Source of the DNA: Macrostomum lignano
Taxonomy: Eukaryota
Direction: 5' to 3'
Length of the DNA: 64,000 nt
Assembly: GCA_002269645.1 (NCBI GenBank)
Contig: NIVC01002617.1
Coordinates: 1-64,000 of the forward strand
Below the pieces are notes generated by a model, which saw nothing but the letters and a program-made list of their open reading frames with translations, was not told the DNA's origin and ran no database searches. Position 1 is the first letter of the stretch. Each line of letters starts with the position of its first letter. Positions 37,787-51,302 of the stretch are shown piece after piece. Position numbers and translations under genes: made by a program.

Positions 37787-40028
37787 TGCTAAAACAATCA
37801 GCTTTGTGGGTTGTATGAACACCAGTCCAATTGCAGCAGTTGACCTTGACTTTCAAATCTTCTGACAAGCCTCTAGAAAATTTTTGTGCTCAAGCTCGAT
37901 CAAAGCGGAATCGAAACCGGGATTTCGGTGCGAGAGCCACCGGTTTTGTCCTCTTGGAAAGGAAGAGAATCATTGTTTTCTTAAATGATATTGTTCTGCT
38001 CTTTGAACATACTGTACAAAATTTCTATATACATTGGATCTCAGCCGTTGCCGGTTTGTAAATAAAGTGCATTCGCTAAATAAATAAAAGTTCATCACAA
38101 CGCTAACACTCCTTCCCGTTAGTTTACATTTAGGTCGGCAATCCAGCTTGTGATAATTCAGTCACCCTGGTACTCGTCCATGGCGTTGACTCCTGCGAAG
38201 ACCGGATCATTGTTAAGTATGTTCTACCGTCTCCGCCTCCATCAGGTCATAAAAACCGGAAATTTTCGATTTTGTTTGTTCACGATCGTAGTGTCTGCGC
38301 CTTCGGTCCTACAGTTCAACATCGACCACGACATTTCCTTCTGTTGCCACCACTTCACCAGACTTCCATTTAGTCATATCATTTCTAATTCTGGGAAGAG
38401 GAGGAATTTTGGGGCGCGGATCAGATATCCTCTCATCAGCCCAAAGGGCGATTTTCCTGTTGTGTTGTTGAGTGTCTGAAATCCGGTATTGAAGGCGAAG
38501 CAGAAACCGATCGACGCAGCTCTGAAGGTTGCTTCACGTCAGCCCTCTAATTTAGAAAATTGACGGGCACGACCTAGTTTCGATAGCACTCCGTCATTTG
38601 TCGTAGGCGTTGTAGACACCATGGGGTGGGGTGTCGTAGCGTAAGTTCGATCGTACGTCGGAACTTTTTCACTGCGGAGATAGGAGCTAAGAACGATCTT
38701 ATCTTACGATGACTTCATAGAACGGGCCCCCATGTCTTTCAGCAGTGGGTTGAGGGTAACCTTTTAGTCACCAAAAATCCGGACTTTTCCCAGACTGCTT
38801 CTAAACACAGACGATAGGTGTAGCCCACTCGCTGGATTCCACCTTCTGGAGCTGCTCAGCCTCTTGCATTCTCTTTAACTCGGCTTTGACATCGTCTTGA
38901 GTCCCGTATGGAATTTGCCGAAGTTAAAAAAATAGATGGGCTTTGCTCCCGATTCAATTGATGCAGCAAATTTTCTTACTGTGCACTTTGCTGCCGAGTT
39001 AGAACCGTCTTCTGGCAGCGTGAATTTTGTAATAAGTGTAGAGATCTGGCTCAAGGACAGCAATCCAGTCTAGATCGATTCTGTATCCGGATTGTCCACT
39101 ACACGGAGCATTAGGTCAAAACTCACACAGTTCAGCTTGGCGTTCACAGTTGCCATTTACTAGCACTGGGTCCCCTTGGTACGCAGCGAATTGTATGGTT
39201 GTGGACCTCACCTCTGCTGGGTTGGATAGGCTCTGAAACACCGAGCTTAGCACGAGCGTTGATGACGACCCGCGGTATCCAGTATCATCTTGATTTTGTC
39301 CCATTGACTACTATATACATGTATATTTATCCTGCTGCTTCCACAACGATCCTCCACTTTGTCCCATGTCATTCCCTGCAGTTTCCCCGTGAGAGATTTT
39401 TTGATGATTTCCTTGTTCAACAGGCGGAGGGTAAATTCGTACCATAGGCGGTCACTAAGTTTTGCACTTGTGAAACCGCAGTTCTCCGCGCCTAGCCGGA
39501 GCCTTCTTGCATAGGCAGAAATGTCTTCGCCGTCGTCCTGCTTAAGGTGATGGAACGCGTAATAAAGGATTTTGCCGCATTCGTCTCCTAGGTTCGTTTC
39601 GTACGGTTCTCAGAGCAGCGTAGCTCTTTCTTTCCCACTTCTCCGGTAAGAGTGCATTCGCCAGCAGTTCGAGGGCCTTCTTGCCGAGGTGTGCAATGAG
39701 GGCAAAGTTCTGAACGAATTGTCATCCCACTTGCTCAGTTTGGACACTGCTTCGAAGTGTTGGAACCGATGTTCAATTTTCGCTGGGAGCTTCTGTCATC
39801 AGAGGTTCCATAAGACCAGCCGTCGTCGCCAGTTAAGAATTGAATTCCAGTCTTGATTTTGAGCAGCAGCCTTTAGCTCGTCTCATCAGAAGCTGGGTGT
39901 TTTTAATTATACTTTGCGCTGCACTTTCAGTCAGTGAGCATACTGTACAAAATGTCCCTAGACATGGGATCTTAGCGGCTCGTAAATGAATTTCATTTGT
40001 TAAAAAATACTTCATCACGACGCTCACA
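37787..40028 (-). mobile_element. Internally deleted, degenerate Ty3/gypsy LTR retrotransposon
   Basis: On the minus strand: LTR-like start TGTGAGCG at 40028, PBS TGGCGACGAC (39822-39831), gag-like QDDGEDISAYARRLRLGAENCGF, protease KMILDT, RT SEWATPIVCV*KQSGK.RIFGD*KVTLNPLL, integrase-tail WKSGEVVATEGNVVVDV, PPT AACGGGAAGGAG (38109-38120), and 3' LTR start TGTTAGCG at 38108. The far end of the 3' LTR is approximate. Confidence 0.75.
38623..38730. mobile_element. ~110-bp PIF/Harbinger-like mini-MITE inserted in the gypsy RT
   Basis: 3-bp TSD CAT, GGG...CCC ends, and a close homolog at 40067-40181. Confidence 0.65.
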
Positions 40029-40066
40029 GCTCCCAGAGTTTCTCGGTTTGTTAAGGTAAGTAAGTT

Positions 40067-40181
40067 GGGGTCGTACTATAAAGCTGTCGTAGCGTAAGTC
40101 CGATCGTACGTCGGAACTTTTACACTGTGGAGATAGGAGCTAAGAACGATCTTATCTTACGATGGATTTTAGAACGGGCCC
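40067..40181. mobile_element. ~115-bp PIF/Harbinger-like mini-MITE
   Basis: Imperfect TIR GGGGTCGTACTA / (reverse complement) GGGCCCGTTCTA, with 3-bp TSD GTT. Confidence 0.65.
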
Positions 40182-41303
40182 GTTGTCAATTGAGCCGACT
40201 TAAATTATGTAATCAGGTACGGTATTATATAATATTTAATTGAAAAAAACGTGTAATTGTTGTTTAAATATTTAATCCTTTTTTCATTTAGTTATTATAT
40301 TTTTATTCATAAAATGATTATGTTGTAAGTAATTATGTAAATATTAATGTATTAAAGACTTACATTTATAATATTTTTTGCTGGCGTGTTTCTCATAGCT
40401 TTAAAGATCGCTTTATTATTAATTTCGGCATGCAATAATTAGTAAAATGATTTACTGCACTCCCTAGACTAGTATTGGAAAGTTAAAATACTTCCTACAA
40501 AGTGCAATAAAATAGATTTCAAAATCTATAAAAAATATTAATATCTTGGGAGTAGAACAAGCGAGGCCAAGGACACCAAGTGCTTTTGGAATTTCCTCTG
40601 GTGTAAAAAATTAAAAAAATTATAATCACACAGTATTATGCGTTGATAATTGATTAAACTTACAGCAAAAATCAATGTGCTCATGTACTAAAATACGAGC
40701 TCTACAATCACCAGGTGGGGCGGAAGTCGATAACAAAAAATGTCGTTTGAAACAACAAATTTCACCTTGTTTTACTTTCTCCATCAGATTACAATAGAGG
40801 TCCCGAAAATAGTGGTCCCGAAACCGACATGAAAGTCTAAGGTCATTGCGATAGTCTACTTGGTAATAGTACAGTGTTTTCCAGAAAATTATTAAGAAAA
40901 TATTTCTGCATAGGTGATAAAATATAAAATAACTTTTGTGCAGAATAATATGTAGACTCTTATTATAGCTTTCAAACAACGTCAATCAAAAAAACTAACA
41001 AGCGCAGCTTTATTCAGTTAATTAAGTCCAGTATTTCCAGTCTTTTTGTAATCGTTCACAGAATCGCCTCTAACAAATTTCCCACCCCAGTCACACAGAC
41101 TTCTTACCCCTTAGTTGCTCCAAAAGCATACCATCACTTATTGATTCACAACGAAAAAAATTCATGTTTTAAACCGCATATCACCTTACATTTTACAGAA
41201 TCTTGCCTCACTCCAAAAAATGTCTTTTACGAGCGTAGAAGCGCATCATCCCACTCAGTATCAATCCCTGTCACTGCACATCTTCACCCCCGGTTTCGTC
41301 AGG

Positions 41304-43704
41304 TCAGTCGAGCTGACAGGTCAGCAGGTTCACCAGGCCAGCCCTGTACTGCCGGGAGAACACAAAATAGATGGCCGGATTGGTGGCGCTGGCAGCAGGT
41401 ACAGCAGGTAGATTGCCACCACCAGGACATCCAGAGACGGGTTCAGCGCCACCGCGGCTGGATTGGTGAACAGGATGATCACGTAGATTGTCTTGGGCAG
41501 CTTGCAGAGGAAGAACACGGCAACAATGGTGATGAACATCTGCACGGTTCGCTTCCTGGCCTCGGCTGGGTTGCTATGCGCCTTGGCGGCCGACTTCTTC
41601 GGATTGATCTTCGTAGTCTCGGTGGGCTGCGGCAGTTTTCCCTCCTTGGCCTGCTGCAGCTCCAGCTGCTTCTTGGCTGCGGCCACGTCGGCGGCTTCCT
41701 CGCCGCCCTGGCCGCCACCGGCAGCCTCGGAGGTGGCCTCGCTAGTCACGATGGTTGTGGTCGGCTCATCGCCGCGGCCGCGGCCTCGACCTCCTCCGCC
41801 TCCGCCGCCGCCGCCGCCGCCGCCGCCAGAGAACTCAACGCCGAACTGGTTGATGCTGCTGAGCAGTCGGGCGCTGACCCGGCCGTATGCGAAGGCCATG
41901 ATGCCGAACGGGATCGCGTAGAGCAGAGCAACGCTGACGCAGTAGTAGATAAAGAAGAAATCCTTCAGCCGGCTGGTCACCTGGCACATCCGCGAGCTGC
42001 TGCTGTAGTTGAAAAAGTACAAATTCGGCAGGGCGAAGAACAGGGCGAATAGCCAGCAGCAGATGCTGACTACAATGTACCAGCGCTTCTTGCGGTTCTG
42101 CCGCTGGGTCAGCGGGTACAGGATGGCCATGTACCTGTCGATGCTGATGATTAGCAGGATGCAGACGCTGCCAGCCAGTATGGTCACCTGGAGAACCTGC
42201 TGGAATTTGCACATCAACTGCGGGGTGGGAAGAAGGGATGCTTCGGCGTAGCGTTTCGCGCGATTAACGTGACAGAGCGACGTCACTTCGTGCGCTTTGA
42301 TGGCTCAATTGTTGGCGATCTGAATGAGCCTTCAGCAGGTTCGTCAAAACACACCTGTCACTTGTAGTCTTGTCAAATCGACAAGAGGAACGCTGGTATT
42401 TAGTAACAGGTATCCTTGAATTTCCGCCACAGATCTTAGAACTACATGTACGCTCGTAGACTAGATTAGAATATACCGTGCTTTATTTTGAATCTTGATC
42501 GCAATCGCAAATTACTACCAGATTTTTCAGGTCAGAACAGATCAGAACTGTCGGTTTTAGTCACAGGCAAAAGCTCTTGATTTCGTTTGGTACACGCCAA
42601 CAATTTCTCGTTACCACTCACTGGTGCATTGCTGTAGGCGCTGCTGCTAGCCTGAAGGCTGCTCTCCAAGTAAGCTTGCAGGCCGCTGAACACGCCGACG
42701 CCGAAGTCCGCGACGGCCAGGTTGATAATCAGAATGTTGGTGATAGACCGGCGCATGGTCTTGTTGGCCAGGATCACGCTGATCACCGTCACGTTGCCTA
42801 TCGCGGAAATTGAGGGGTAACAGATGGCGCCAGCTGACGGATTGAGGGATAAAGTGTGGCGCTAGCTGACGGATTGAGGGATAAGGTGAGGCGCTAGCCG
42901 ACGGATTGAGGGGTAAGGGGAGGCGCTAGCTGACGGATTGAGGGATAAGGTAAGGCGCTAGCTGACGGATCGAGGGATAGTGTGGCGCTAGCTGACGGAT
43001 CGAGGGATAGTGTGGCGCTAGCTGACGGATCGAGGGATAAAGTGTGGCGCTAGCTGACGGATTGATGGATAAAGTGTGGCACTAGCTGAAGGATTGATGG
43101 ATAAGGTGAGGCGCTAGCTGACGGATTGAGGGATAAAGTGTGGCGCTAGCTGACAGATCGAGGGATAAAGTGTGGCGCTAGCTGACGGATCAAGGGTTAA
43201 GGGGTGGCGCTAGCTGACGGATTGAGGGATAAAGTGAGGCGCTAGCTGACGGATCAAGGGATAAAGTGAGGCGCTAGCTGACGGATTGAGGGGTAAAGTG
43301 TCGCGCTAGCTGACGGATTCATTGTTATGTATGATCAGGGGGTTCAGACAGAACAATGGCAGACGCTCACCCAGCAGGCAGCCGGTGCACAGGAAGCAAT
43401 AAATTGCGATGACCGCCGCCTCCTTGGCGCTGTCATAGTTGTAGGCGAAGTCAGTGCCTGTGTAGTTGGTGCTGCTATTGAACTCTACTCGATCGTTCTG
43501 CCTGACGCAGTCTTTGACGTATTGATCCATAGCGGTGGCATTTTCGATAAGCCCCGGTATTGACCAGGCCTTCAACTGGCACAGCTGCTCTATTGGTGAG
43601 GCTTCGCCGGTGGCTGCCCCGCCGCTGCCGCTGCCGCTGGCTGCATCGCCGCTGCTGTTGGCGCCGCCGCCGCCACCTAGCAGCAGGCTCATCAAACCAT
43701 CCAT
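41304..43704 (-). CDS. Class A (rhodopsin-like) GPCR, peptide-receptor type. Exons 43371-43704, 42622-42797, 41304-42217
   Basis: TM1 G|N, TM2 NLAVADF, TM3 CKF...ISIDRY, TM6 FFLCKLP, and TM7 (L)ASATNPAIY after restoring a 1-bp deletion at ~41392. N-glycosylation sequons in the N-terminus. Confidence 0.9.
42829..43318. repeat. ~32-bp minisatellite GCTAGCTGACGGATTGAGGGATAAAGTGTGGC in GPCR intron 1
   Basis: About 15 visible units. Confidence 0.93.
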
Positions 43705-44554
43705 ACAATGCTGCTGGATTGCTTCTAGAGAAACTGACAACAATCTATACAGTTCTTCTTGTGTCTTGTGTCTTGTGTATTGAAGCCGGCCTGATCTTGT
43801 TATAAAATATTTTGCATATACACTGGCTAAAAGGCCTGCTTGTTAAAATGATTTTTTGGTCTCATAATTTCTACCAATCGTTTTATTTACCCCCTTCACC
43901 CCTAGCCCTCGCTCCACTGCCGAGCGTCGGCCAGTATGTACATTCGCCCCACCTAAAATGTACATTCAGCGACGCGTGAATTGAGCCAGTTTCGCTTGAC
44001 TGGACTGTCACTTCAGTTGAGGCTGACTGAGAATAATAAAAATTTAATTCAAGTTGATTGTTAAACAAATGCTTATCAGGCCCGGTTCACGCTTCAATAA
44101 TTGCTCTGATAGTTCGATAAGAGCAGACGCCTGATTTTTCCTCTGCTTTACAGAAAAATTCATAGCCGTTATCGAAAGTAATCGAATCATCGCGCACGCT
44201 TGAATTTACGATTAGCTAGCTATTTTCAATTGGTTTTACGCCCACACACCAACCCAGCTGGAATTTTCAAAAAAATTATTCTATTGTTTAAGACGGTTGG
44301 CGAGCTCCGGCCTACGGGCCACATACGGCCAGCTAAGCCTCTCTATCCGGTTCTCGGGTCTTTTGAAACTTCACAATCAGGTCCGATCAGGCTTTATGTC
44401 TCTTCTCATCTCTCTCTTCTCTCATCTCTTCTCTCCTCTATTCTCGATCCTTTCCTCTCTCTCATCTGGCCCGCAGCCATAAGCTTGCCAACCGCTACTT
44501 TAAACGAAGTTGACGAATGAAACGACTTTGTTTGCTTTTTTAGAGAAGGGGGAT

Positions 44555-44865
44555 TGTGGGAAGTGGGAGGGGAGAGGCAAGAGAGTCGGAGGAGGGTAAG
44601 GGGAGAGGCGAGAGAGTCGGAGGAGGGTGAGGCGAGAGAGTCGGAGGAGGGTGAGGGGAGAGAGTGGGAAGAGGGAGGGGAGAGACTGGGAAGAGGGAGG
44701 GGAGAGACTGGGAAGAGGGAGGGGAGAGACTGGGAAGAGGGAGGGGAGAGACTGGGAAGAGGGAGGGGAGAGTGAGAAGAGGGAGGGGAGAGGGAGAGAG
44801 TGGGAAGAGGAAGGTGAGAGTGGGAGAGTGGAAACAGGGAGGGGGAGAGGGAGAGGAGAGAGAAG
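44555..44865. repeat. Purine-rich repeat (22-bp GAGGGAGGGGAGAGACTGGGAA), mirrored at ~63770-64000
   Basis: Visible. Confidence 0.9.
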
Positions 44866-47057
44866 GCAGGTCATGACCCCTATACCCTTTTGGCTACGCA
44901 TTTCGTTTCGTTTCTTGATAAATTTCTGGAAAATTAGCTACTGGTAATTGGCAGTTCGCTGCTACCTTTAGATTTCTTAGTTCTACAGGTCAGACTCCTG
45001 AGCTCCTAAGTTCCCAAAACCTACCAGGCTCAAGATTTCAATCAAGTTTAAGTGTTCTCTCTGGAAGTACTACTTTAAGTAAGAAGTGCACCAGCCATAG
45101 GAAACGACTTTTATGCTAATGGGGATGTATTAGTTCCTGTAGCCTAGTCGCCACTGCGACTTGGGCCCTATCCCCAACCGGTGCCTTTATACCAGTCACC
45201 AATGCAGTGAAGCGATTCAGCTTGAAGAGTTGCCAACCAGAGTGTATACAGCTCAACCTGGTTGCTTCAAAGCTCCTTCCTGGTCACGGTCTGCTGGGAC
45301 CTACCTTCATCCCATCGTACTATCAATGACAAATGTTTCAGCCCGTCATACAGACAAGTTAAGCCCTCTAAATAATCTACTTCTGACATTTTCCCGGACT
45401 AGACCTACTAACAGTAGTGTACATGTAGTGTAGCAAAAAGTAGTGTAAATAATTAAATCCAGGCAAAAAAGTTATTGAAGCGACACTAATAACTATGCCC
45501 TATCACAAAAGTATCATATGCAACGAATCTAGCTGTAATAAAAAATGGACATGAAAAGAATACTAATAGTAGCTAGTACGTACCAATAGTTCTATGCGAG
45601 GCTGGCATATTATAGCAAAATTTTAAACACTGAATTTGTCTCCATCAGACAAACACAAACAGCTCCACCTCTGCAATGAATTTTTCAAAAAAAGTTGCGA
45701 CCGCGGTATTTATGAATGTTTCTAAGAACCGAAGTAAATTTTTTTCCTAAACAATTTTTGATGAATTATGAAATGGAATACGCTGGCAATGAATGCATTT
45801 ACAGTTACTGGCAGTGCAATTAATAATTAATTGTGCCGCATGTGGGATGCAGTTTTACACGTGGGTACTCGTATGCATGTGCGGCCACAACTACGGCACA
45901 GCAATGAAACATTATTTCTTGTAATAGTTCGTAGATAATTTCAAATTCACAGCATTGAATATTGAATATCGGACAGGGTATAATAAAAGAACCGGTTGCA
46001 ATTACTGCCATGGACCCCAAATAGTCGATTTCCCAGACTGCAACTCAACGACTACTAAAATATATCATTTGTCTTTCAGAGGTACTTTGACAACTCCGGA
46101 TGTCACACTCTCCAAGACGTTTGATTCAGTGCAGGCGTAGATGGAGGATTTGCTTGTCTGAAGTTTGGGAATTGTGAAATTTGTGGATGTGAAGTGTGAG
46201 GATGTACAGTGCGAGGATTTGAAATGTGGGAATTGTAAGTTCGAATGTCACGGGGAGAATGCGAAATTCCACAGTTGCCTTCTAGTGGTCCCTGACCGGC
46301 CTCAACCGCTTGACTAACAAAAGTCCAAAAAGCTCTCAAGCAAAAGCGGATGCAAAAAGCGAAGCAAAGCACTGTTACAGTGTGACGGCGCTTACTGAAG
46401 TGATTGAAAAAGAGATAACCGGAGCTGGCGATAACATGTACGAATGTTAGCGGCTAGATTAATCAGGTAAAAAATTTGGGGCGCAAAATATTTGATGCAG
46501 GTACAGGTATAGAAGATCACTGGGTGAAATCCACCATAGCAGTGCAAACAAAAATATTTTTAATAAATACACACGCGTTTTAAGCTTTTAATACAAAAAT
46601 ACCACTGCTTGTGCTCAAACTGGAGAGCAGTTTTGCCAAAGGCCGGTTTTTGTTGCAAAAAGCTTGGCAAAATTTTCCATATTCTTAGCACTAAATTACC
46701 AAACATGTTCCCTTCTGGACATCGAATTGAAAACCCTGTGTCTTGTTCGAGCTGCACTCACAAGTCCATCGATAAACAGTAAGATGATTTATTGAGAGTC
46801 CAGAAGGTGATATATTGTGCTGTAAAACAGAAAACTTCCTGGACTTAAAACTTGCAGCGAGAACCGGCCTATAGCGAAATTCGCACAGTTTGAGTGTAGC
46901 GTCCTGTTCTTATTGTCCATGAGCTGAGACCGGGACTCTGCTATTATAAATCGGGGTCGCTTCACTTTTCCAGTAAGTTGAAAGCTGAATTTTTTAGAAA
47001 TTTAAATTTGTGCAGTTCGTTGCTAGGCAACAATAAAATACTACTAGAGTTTGGAGC

Positions 47058-50000
47058 TCACTGCCTGCGGCAGGGCCGGACTCCCTCCGCCATCGTGTTG
47101 TGCCGGCCTCGAATAGGGATTCGCCTCGGTGGCGTCGAACCCGATGATGACGGGGAACTCGATGGCGGCGGCTGCTGGGCCTGACGGCGGCCGGAGCTGC
47201 CGGTTGCCAGAGGGCTCTGCGACACGTGCAACGATTTGCGTCTGGGACTCTGCGAGGCCGACGCTGCGCCGGATGAGGCGGCGCGAGCGCGCGGCTGCGG
47301 CGTCTGAATGCTCAGTGGCTGTGACTGTGTCTGCAGCGACTGCGACCGTCCGCTCTCGCTACCACCGCTGGTCACTGAGTCGACGCCTCCACGAAATACG
47401 CGATACCGCAGGTTATCCGAGCTCGCAGCTACGGCCGCGGATGTTGCACCGGCTGCTGCTGCTGTTGCTATCGGCGCCGCCGCCATCGTTGTGGCCAAAG
47501 CTCCGCTAGACTGTCTTGACACGCCGGGACGCTTGACCGAGTGCTGCGGCTGGCCGTGCCGGCGAAGCATCCGGCCATTCTGCCTGGCCCGCCCGTCTGT
47601 CCGGATGGAAGTGGCCGACAGCGGCAGAGCGCGCAGCTGCAGGCGGGACTCGCGCAGGATCATAGCGATCACGGCCGGGTGGGGCAGCCCCGTGACCCGG
47701 GTCTCGTGCACGTGGGTCACCAAGTCGCCGCAGCGCAGTCCGGCTGAATGGGCGGGACTGCCGGGCTGGACGAAGACCACCAGATGGTGCAGTAGAAAGC
47801 GGTTAGTTTCGCCCTGGTAGACGCGAATGGCTCGTATCGTGAACCCAAACCCGCGCGGTCCGCGCAGCATCGTCATGAGTGAGGCGGCGGACTCAGCCTG
47901 AGTAGATGACAGCGCAGTTGTTTGAGTCTTCGGGGGCAGCTGGTGCGCACTGGGGCTGCGGGTCACGGTGACCTCAGTCCCGCTGGCAAGAGGGGATACT
48001 GCCTGAGCCCGACGAAGGCTTGAGGTTCGTCGCATCACCGGGCCGGACGCTGGAGGCGATGTTTCGGCGCGAGTCCGGCCACCCGGTACGGCAAGAGCAA
48101 CTGCACTGGCAGCAGCGGCGGTGGCAGCAGCAGCAGCAGCAGCAGACGCGGTCGCAGCGCAGATCGATGTCGGACGCACCGGTGGCGTGGATGTTGGCTG
48201 CGGCGTCTGCGCCTTGGGAGGCTGGGGTGGCGGGGATGCCGAGGGAGGCGGTGTAAGCTGAGTAGGTGGAGGTGGAGGTGGAGGTGGAGGGAGAGCCGGT
48301 GTTGTTGGAGTTGTCTGTATCGGCGGCGGTGGCGACAGCGGCTGTGGCGATAAGGGCCCCGACAGTAGAGAGAATCGCGGACTACAGCTGCCGAAGCTGT
48401 GAAACAGAGGCGCCTCCTCAGACTCGTCCGTAACCTCGTCCTCGGAGTTGGACTCGTGGTTGTAGCGGTCGGACCGGGGGTCAAAATAGCTGGTGTCCTC
48501 GTCGTGGTCCAACTGCGGCACGAATTCCGCTTTTTCCTTCAGCAGGCCTGTCCAGTCGACGCTAGAGAAGAATGCGTGCTCCTTGACCTGCAAGCGGACC
48601 GGGACACGAGTGCACCAGGTATTACACGACTAACAAGTAGCGAAAGGAGTACGTCAAGCGAACCTCATAGGGTCTCCTAATTTACAATAATCTGACCACT
48701 CCAATCTAGTTCAGTCTGCCAGTCTACTCCGGTTTTATTGGTCTAGCTTGCTTCCAGTTTTGAATGGTTATAATGGATGCAAGCAAGGGTGGTTATGAAC
48801 TTAGTCTAGTGCATGGTAAACTTTTCGAGTTTGTGTGCTTGAGTTGCTCCATTTGTTGTTTTTTCTAAACGGGTTTGCCCGGGGTGGGTCCTCCCGGAGT
48901 CTATGCTCGGACTATCTCAAGATTGCATCTCGTCAGTGGGGTTGGGGTGTCCGAACTGCAAAGGCTCATTATTATTCGCATGGGTTGTCGCCGCCGAACC
49001 AACTTAGAGCATTTAAGATCACCGCGACTCCAGGAACACGTATTGCGCCATGGGCGAAAATTTGATCACACTCCTCGTGATCCAGGTACGAGCAAGTCAC
49101 CCTAGCGCTGAACACGTCTCCTAGGACTAGGATCCCCGAGTTCTGGTGGGTCACACTGGCAGGGTGCCAAATTCTTGGGCTCATGCCTTCCAGGCGGTCC
49201 ATTTACCAGCTGCCTGCATAGGTCAGTTCAAGGCACAAAGGCAGCTCAAGCAGCTATGAGTGCGGTCATCTTCCCGAAACACTGATGCAAGATCATCAGC
49301 CGGGCCGCCCAGAGACACACTTGCACCATCCGGTACAATGCATCCACGATTACAGAGACTGTCGTTACGCTGCTTTTACTCGACTAATTAGTTTGATCCA
49401 TATTACGGCAAAAAAATTGCCCGGGGTTGCTGGTACTTTGGGTATGTATTAAAGCTCATAGACTTGTAAATCACTAATGTTTCTAGTTGCCCCTCACCTC
49501 ATGCGGACCACCCGTCCCCAGCCGAAGCAGTGGCTCGGTCTCCAGCAACCTGCTGATAAGATCGACAGCCTCGGGTGGCAGGGCGAGCTCCTCCTCTTCC
49601 GGCCACTCAATAGTCGGCGGCGGGTCCGACACCAGTAGCATGAACAGCTCTTCGGCCGAGTCGGCGGTGAACGGCACGAAGCCGACCAGAAACTGGTAAA
49701 GAATGATGCCGGCAGCCCACCAGTCGACCGGCTTGCCGTAGCCCTGCCTCAGGATCACCTCCGGGCTGATGTACTCCGGCGTTCCGAATATTTGGGCATC
49801 GCTGAACATTGCACAATCCTTCAGACCTGTCTCGTACAAGCTAGTGGCCAGGGTCATGAGGCCGATCTTGCTGAGGCCGAAGTCGGTCAGCTTGATGTGA
49901 CCCTCACTGCTGATTAGGAGGTTCGACGGCTTCAAGTCTCGATGCACGATGCCGTAACTGTGCAGATACTCCAGGGCCAGCACAATCTCGGCAAAGTACA

Positions 50001-51302
50001 TGCGCGCCAGGTCCAACGGCAGCACCTCAATCTGCTTCAACAGTGAGGCACAATCGCCGCCCTCCACGAATTCCATCACCATGCAGAGATACTTCTTTGT
50101 CTCGAAGGTGCAGAACAGCGACACTACAAAAGGATTGTCAGCAAAAGAGAGGATGTCGCGCTCGGCAAAGGCCTGGTCTACCTGGTTGCGAAGCACAAGG
50201 TGCGTCTTGCGCACCTTCTTCATAGCAAATCGCTGCCGGCTGGCCTTGTGCCGAACCAGGTGCACTGCGCCGTAGGCCCCATTGGATATCAGCTTCACCA
50301 CCTGGCGCATAAGACGTAAAAATCGAATATATAAACGATTTTGCTAAGCCTAATAAAGGTAATTTGATTTTTTTGTTATTCTTACCTGGAAGTCGTCTTC
50401 TGAAGGCTCGCGAAAGAGCTGCTGACTTCCTGAATCAGTCAGCAAAGACGACACGGGCGATGGCGTCCGGTCCGTATCGGCATCGCTCAGACTGTCCAGT
50501 GGGTCCGGCTTGTTGAGACCGAGTTTGGAGACGATGTAGCGCGGTATGTCCGCCTGCAGGCTCTCGGCCCGGCGCACCTGACCCTCAGCAGCCTCGAGCA
50601 GCTGCATGAACTCGGCCGGGTCGAACTCTAAGCACTCCAGCAGGCGTGCAGTTCGAGACACGATCACCAGCAGCTGGCGTCCCCAGCCCAAGACCCTGGG
50701 CAGAGCGTCGCGGCTCTTCTCTTCACATTCGTTGGCCAGCAGCTCAACCTTCTGGCCGATTTCATAGAAGAATGCGCCGGACAGTTTGTGATCCTGGGAT
50801 CTCTGCAGGCACTCGCGAGCAAGCTTCTGCAGCTGCACCAGTGAGTAACGGGCAATCGCGTTGCGTTCGTCGCTCCTCAAGGACTCCAAGCTGGTAATGA
50901 ACTCGTCTAGGCGGTCGATCATCTGGGCAGTGGCCCGAGGAAAATGCTCTTTGTAGACGCTGTTCATCAGCGCAATATCGTGACGCTGCTCCTGCCATCG
51001 CATTGGGCTGCTGCTGAGGCTGTGCGAACGAGGACGGCTGGAGAAACTCGTGTAGTCTTCGGCTGCTGCACTAACGGTTGCTGTTGCTGCTGCTGTAGAC
51101 TCTGGCATTCATTGATGCTGCTGCTGTTGCTGCTGCTGCTTGCTTGCTGCTGCTGTAGACTCTGGCATTGATGCTGCTGCTCGTTGCTGCTGCTGCTGCT
51201 GCTGCTGCTGCCTGTAGACTCTGGCACTGATGCTGCTGCTGTTGGTGCTGTTGAAGGTTCTCCTTGGACGAACTGTGGCTGGTCACGCTGCTGGTCTCCG
51301 GT
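47058..51302 (-). CDS. MAST: Microtubule-associated Ser/Thr kinase (MAST), inverted copy, 5' part cut by the gap. Exons 50386-51302+, 49498-50301, 47058-48587
   Basis: DUF1908-like [24 protein letters not shown] kinase ([29 protein letters not shown]), AGC C-tail (DTSYFD) and PDZ ([16 protein letters not shown]). In frame throughout the visible part. Confidence 0.92.

Noticed and set aside
38623-40181. The two ~110-bp direct repeats as LTRs of the gypsy element
   Set aside because: One lies inside RT, each has its own 3-bp TSD and inverted ends, and the PBS and PPT map to other positions.
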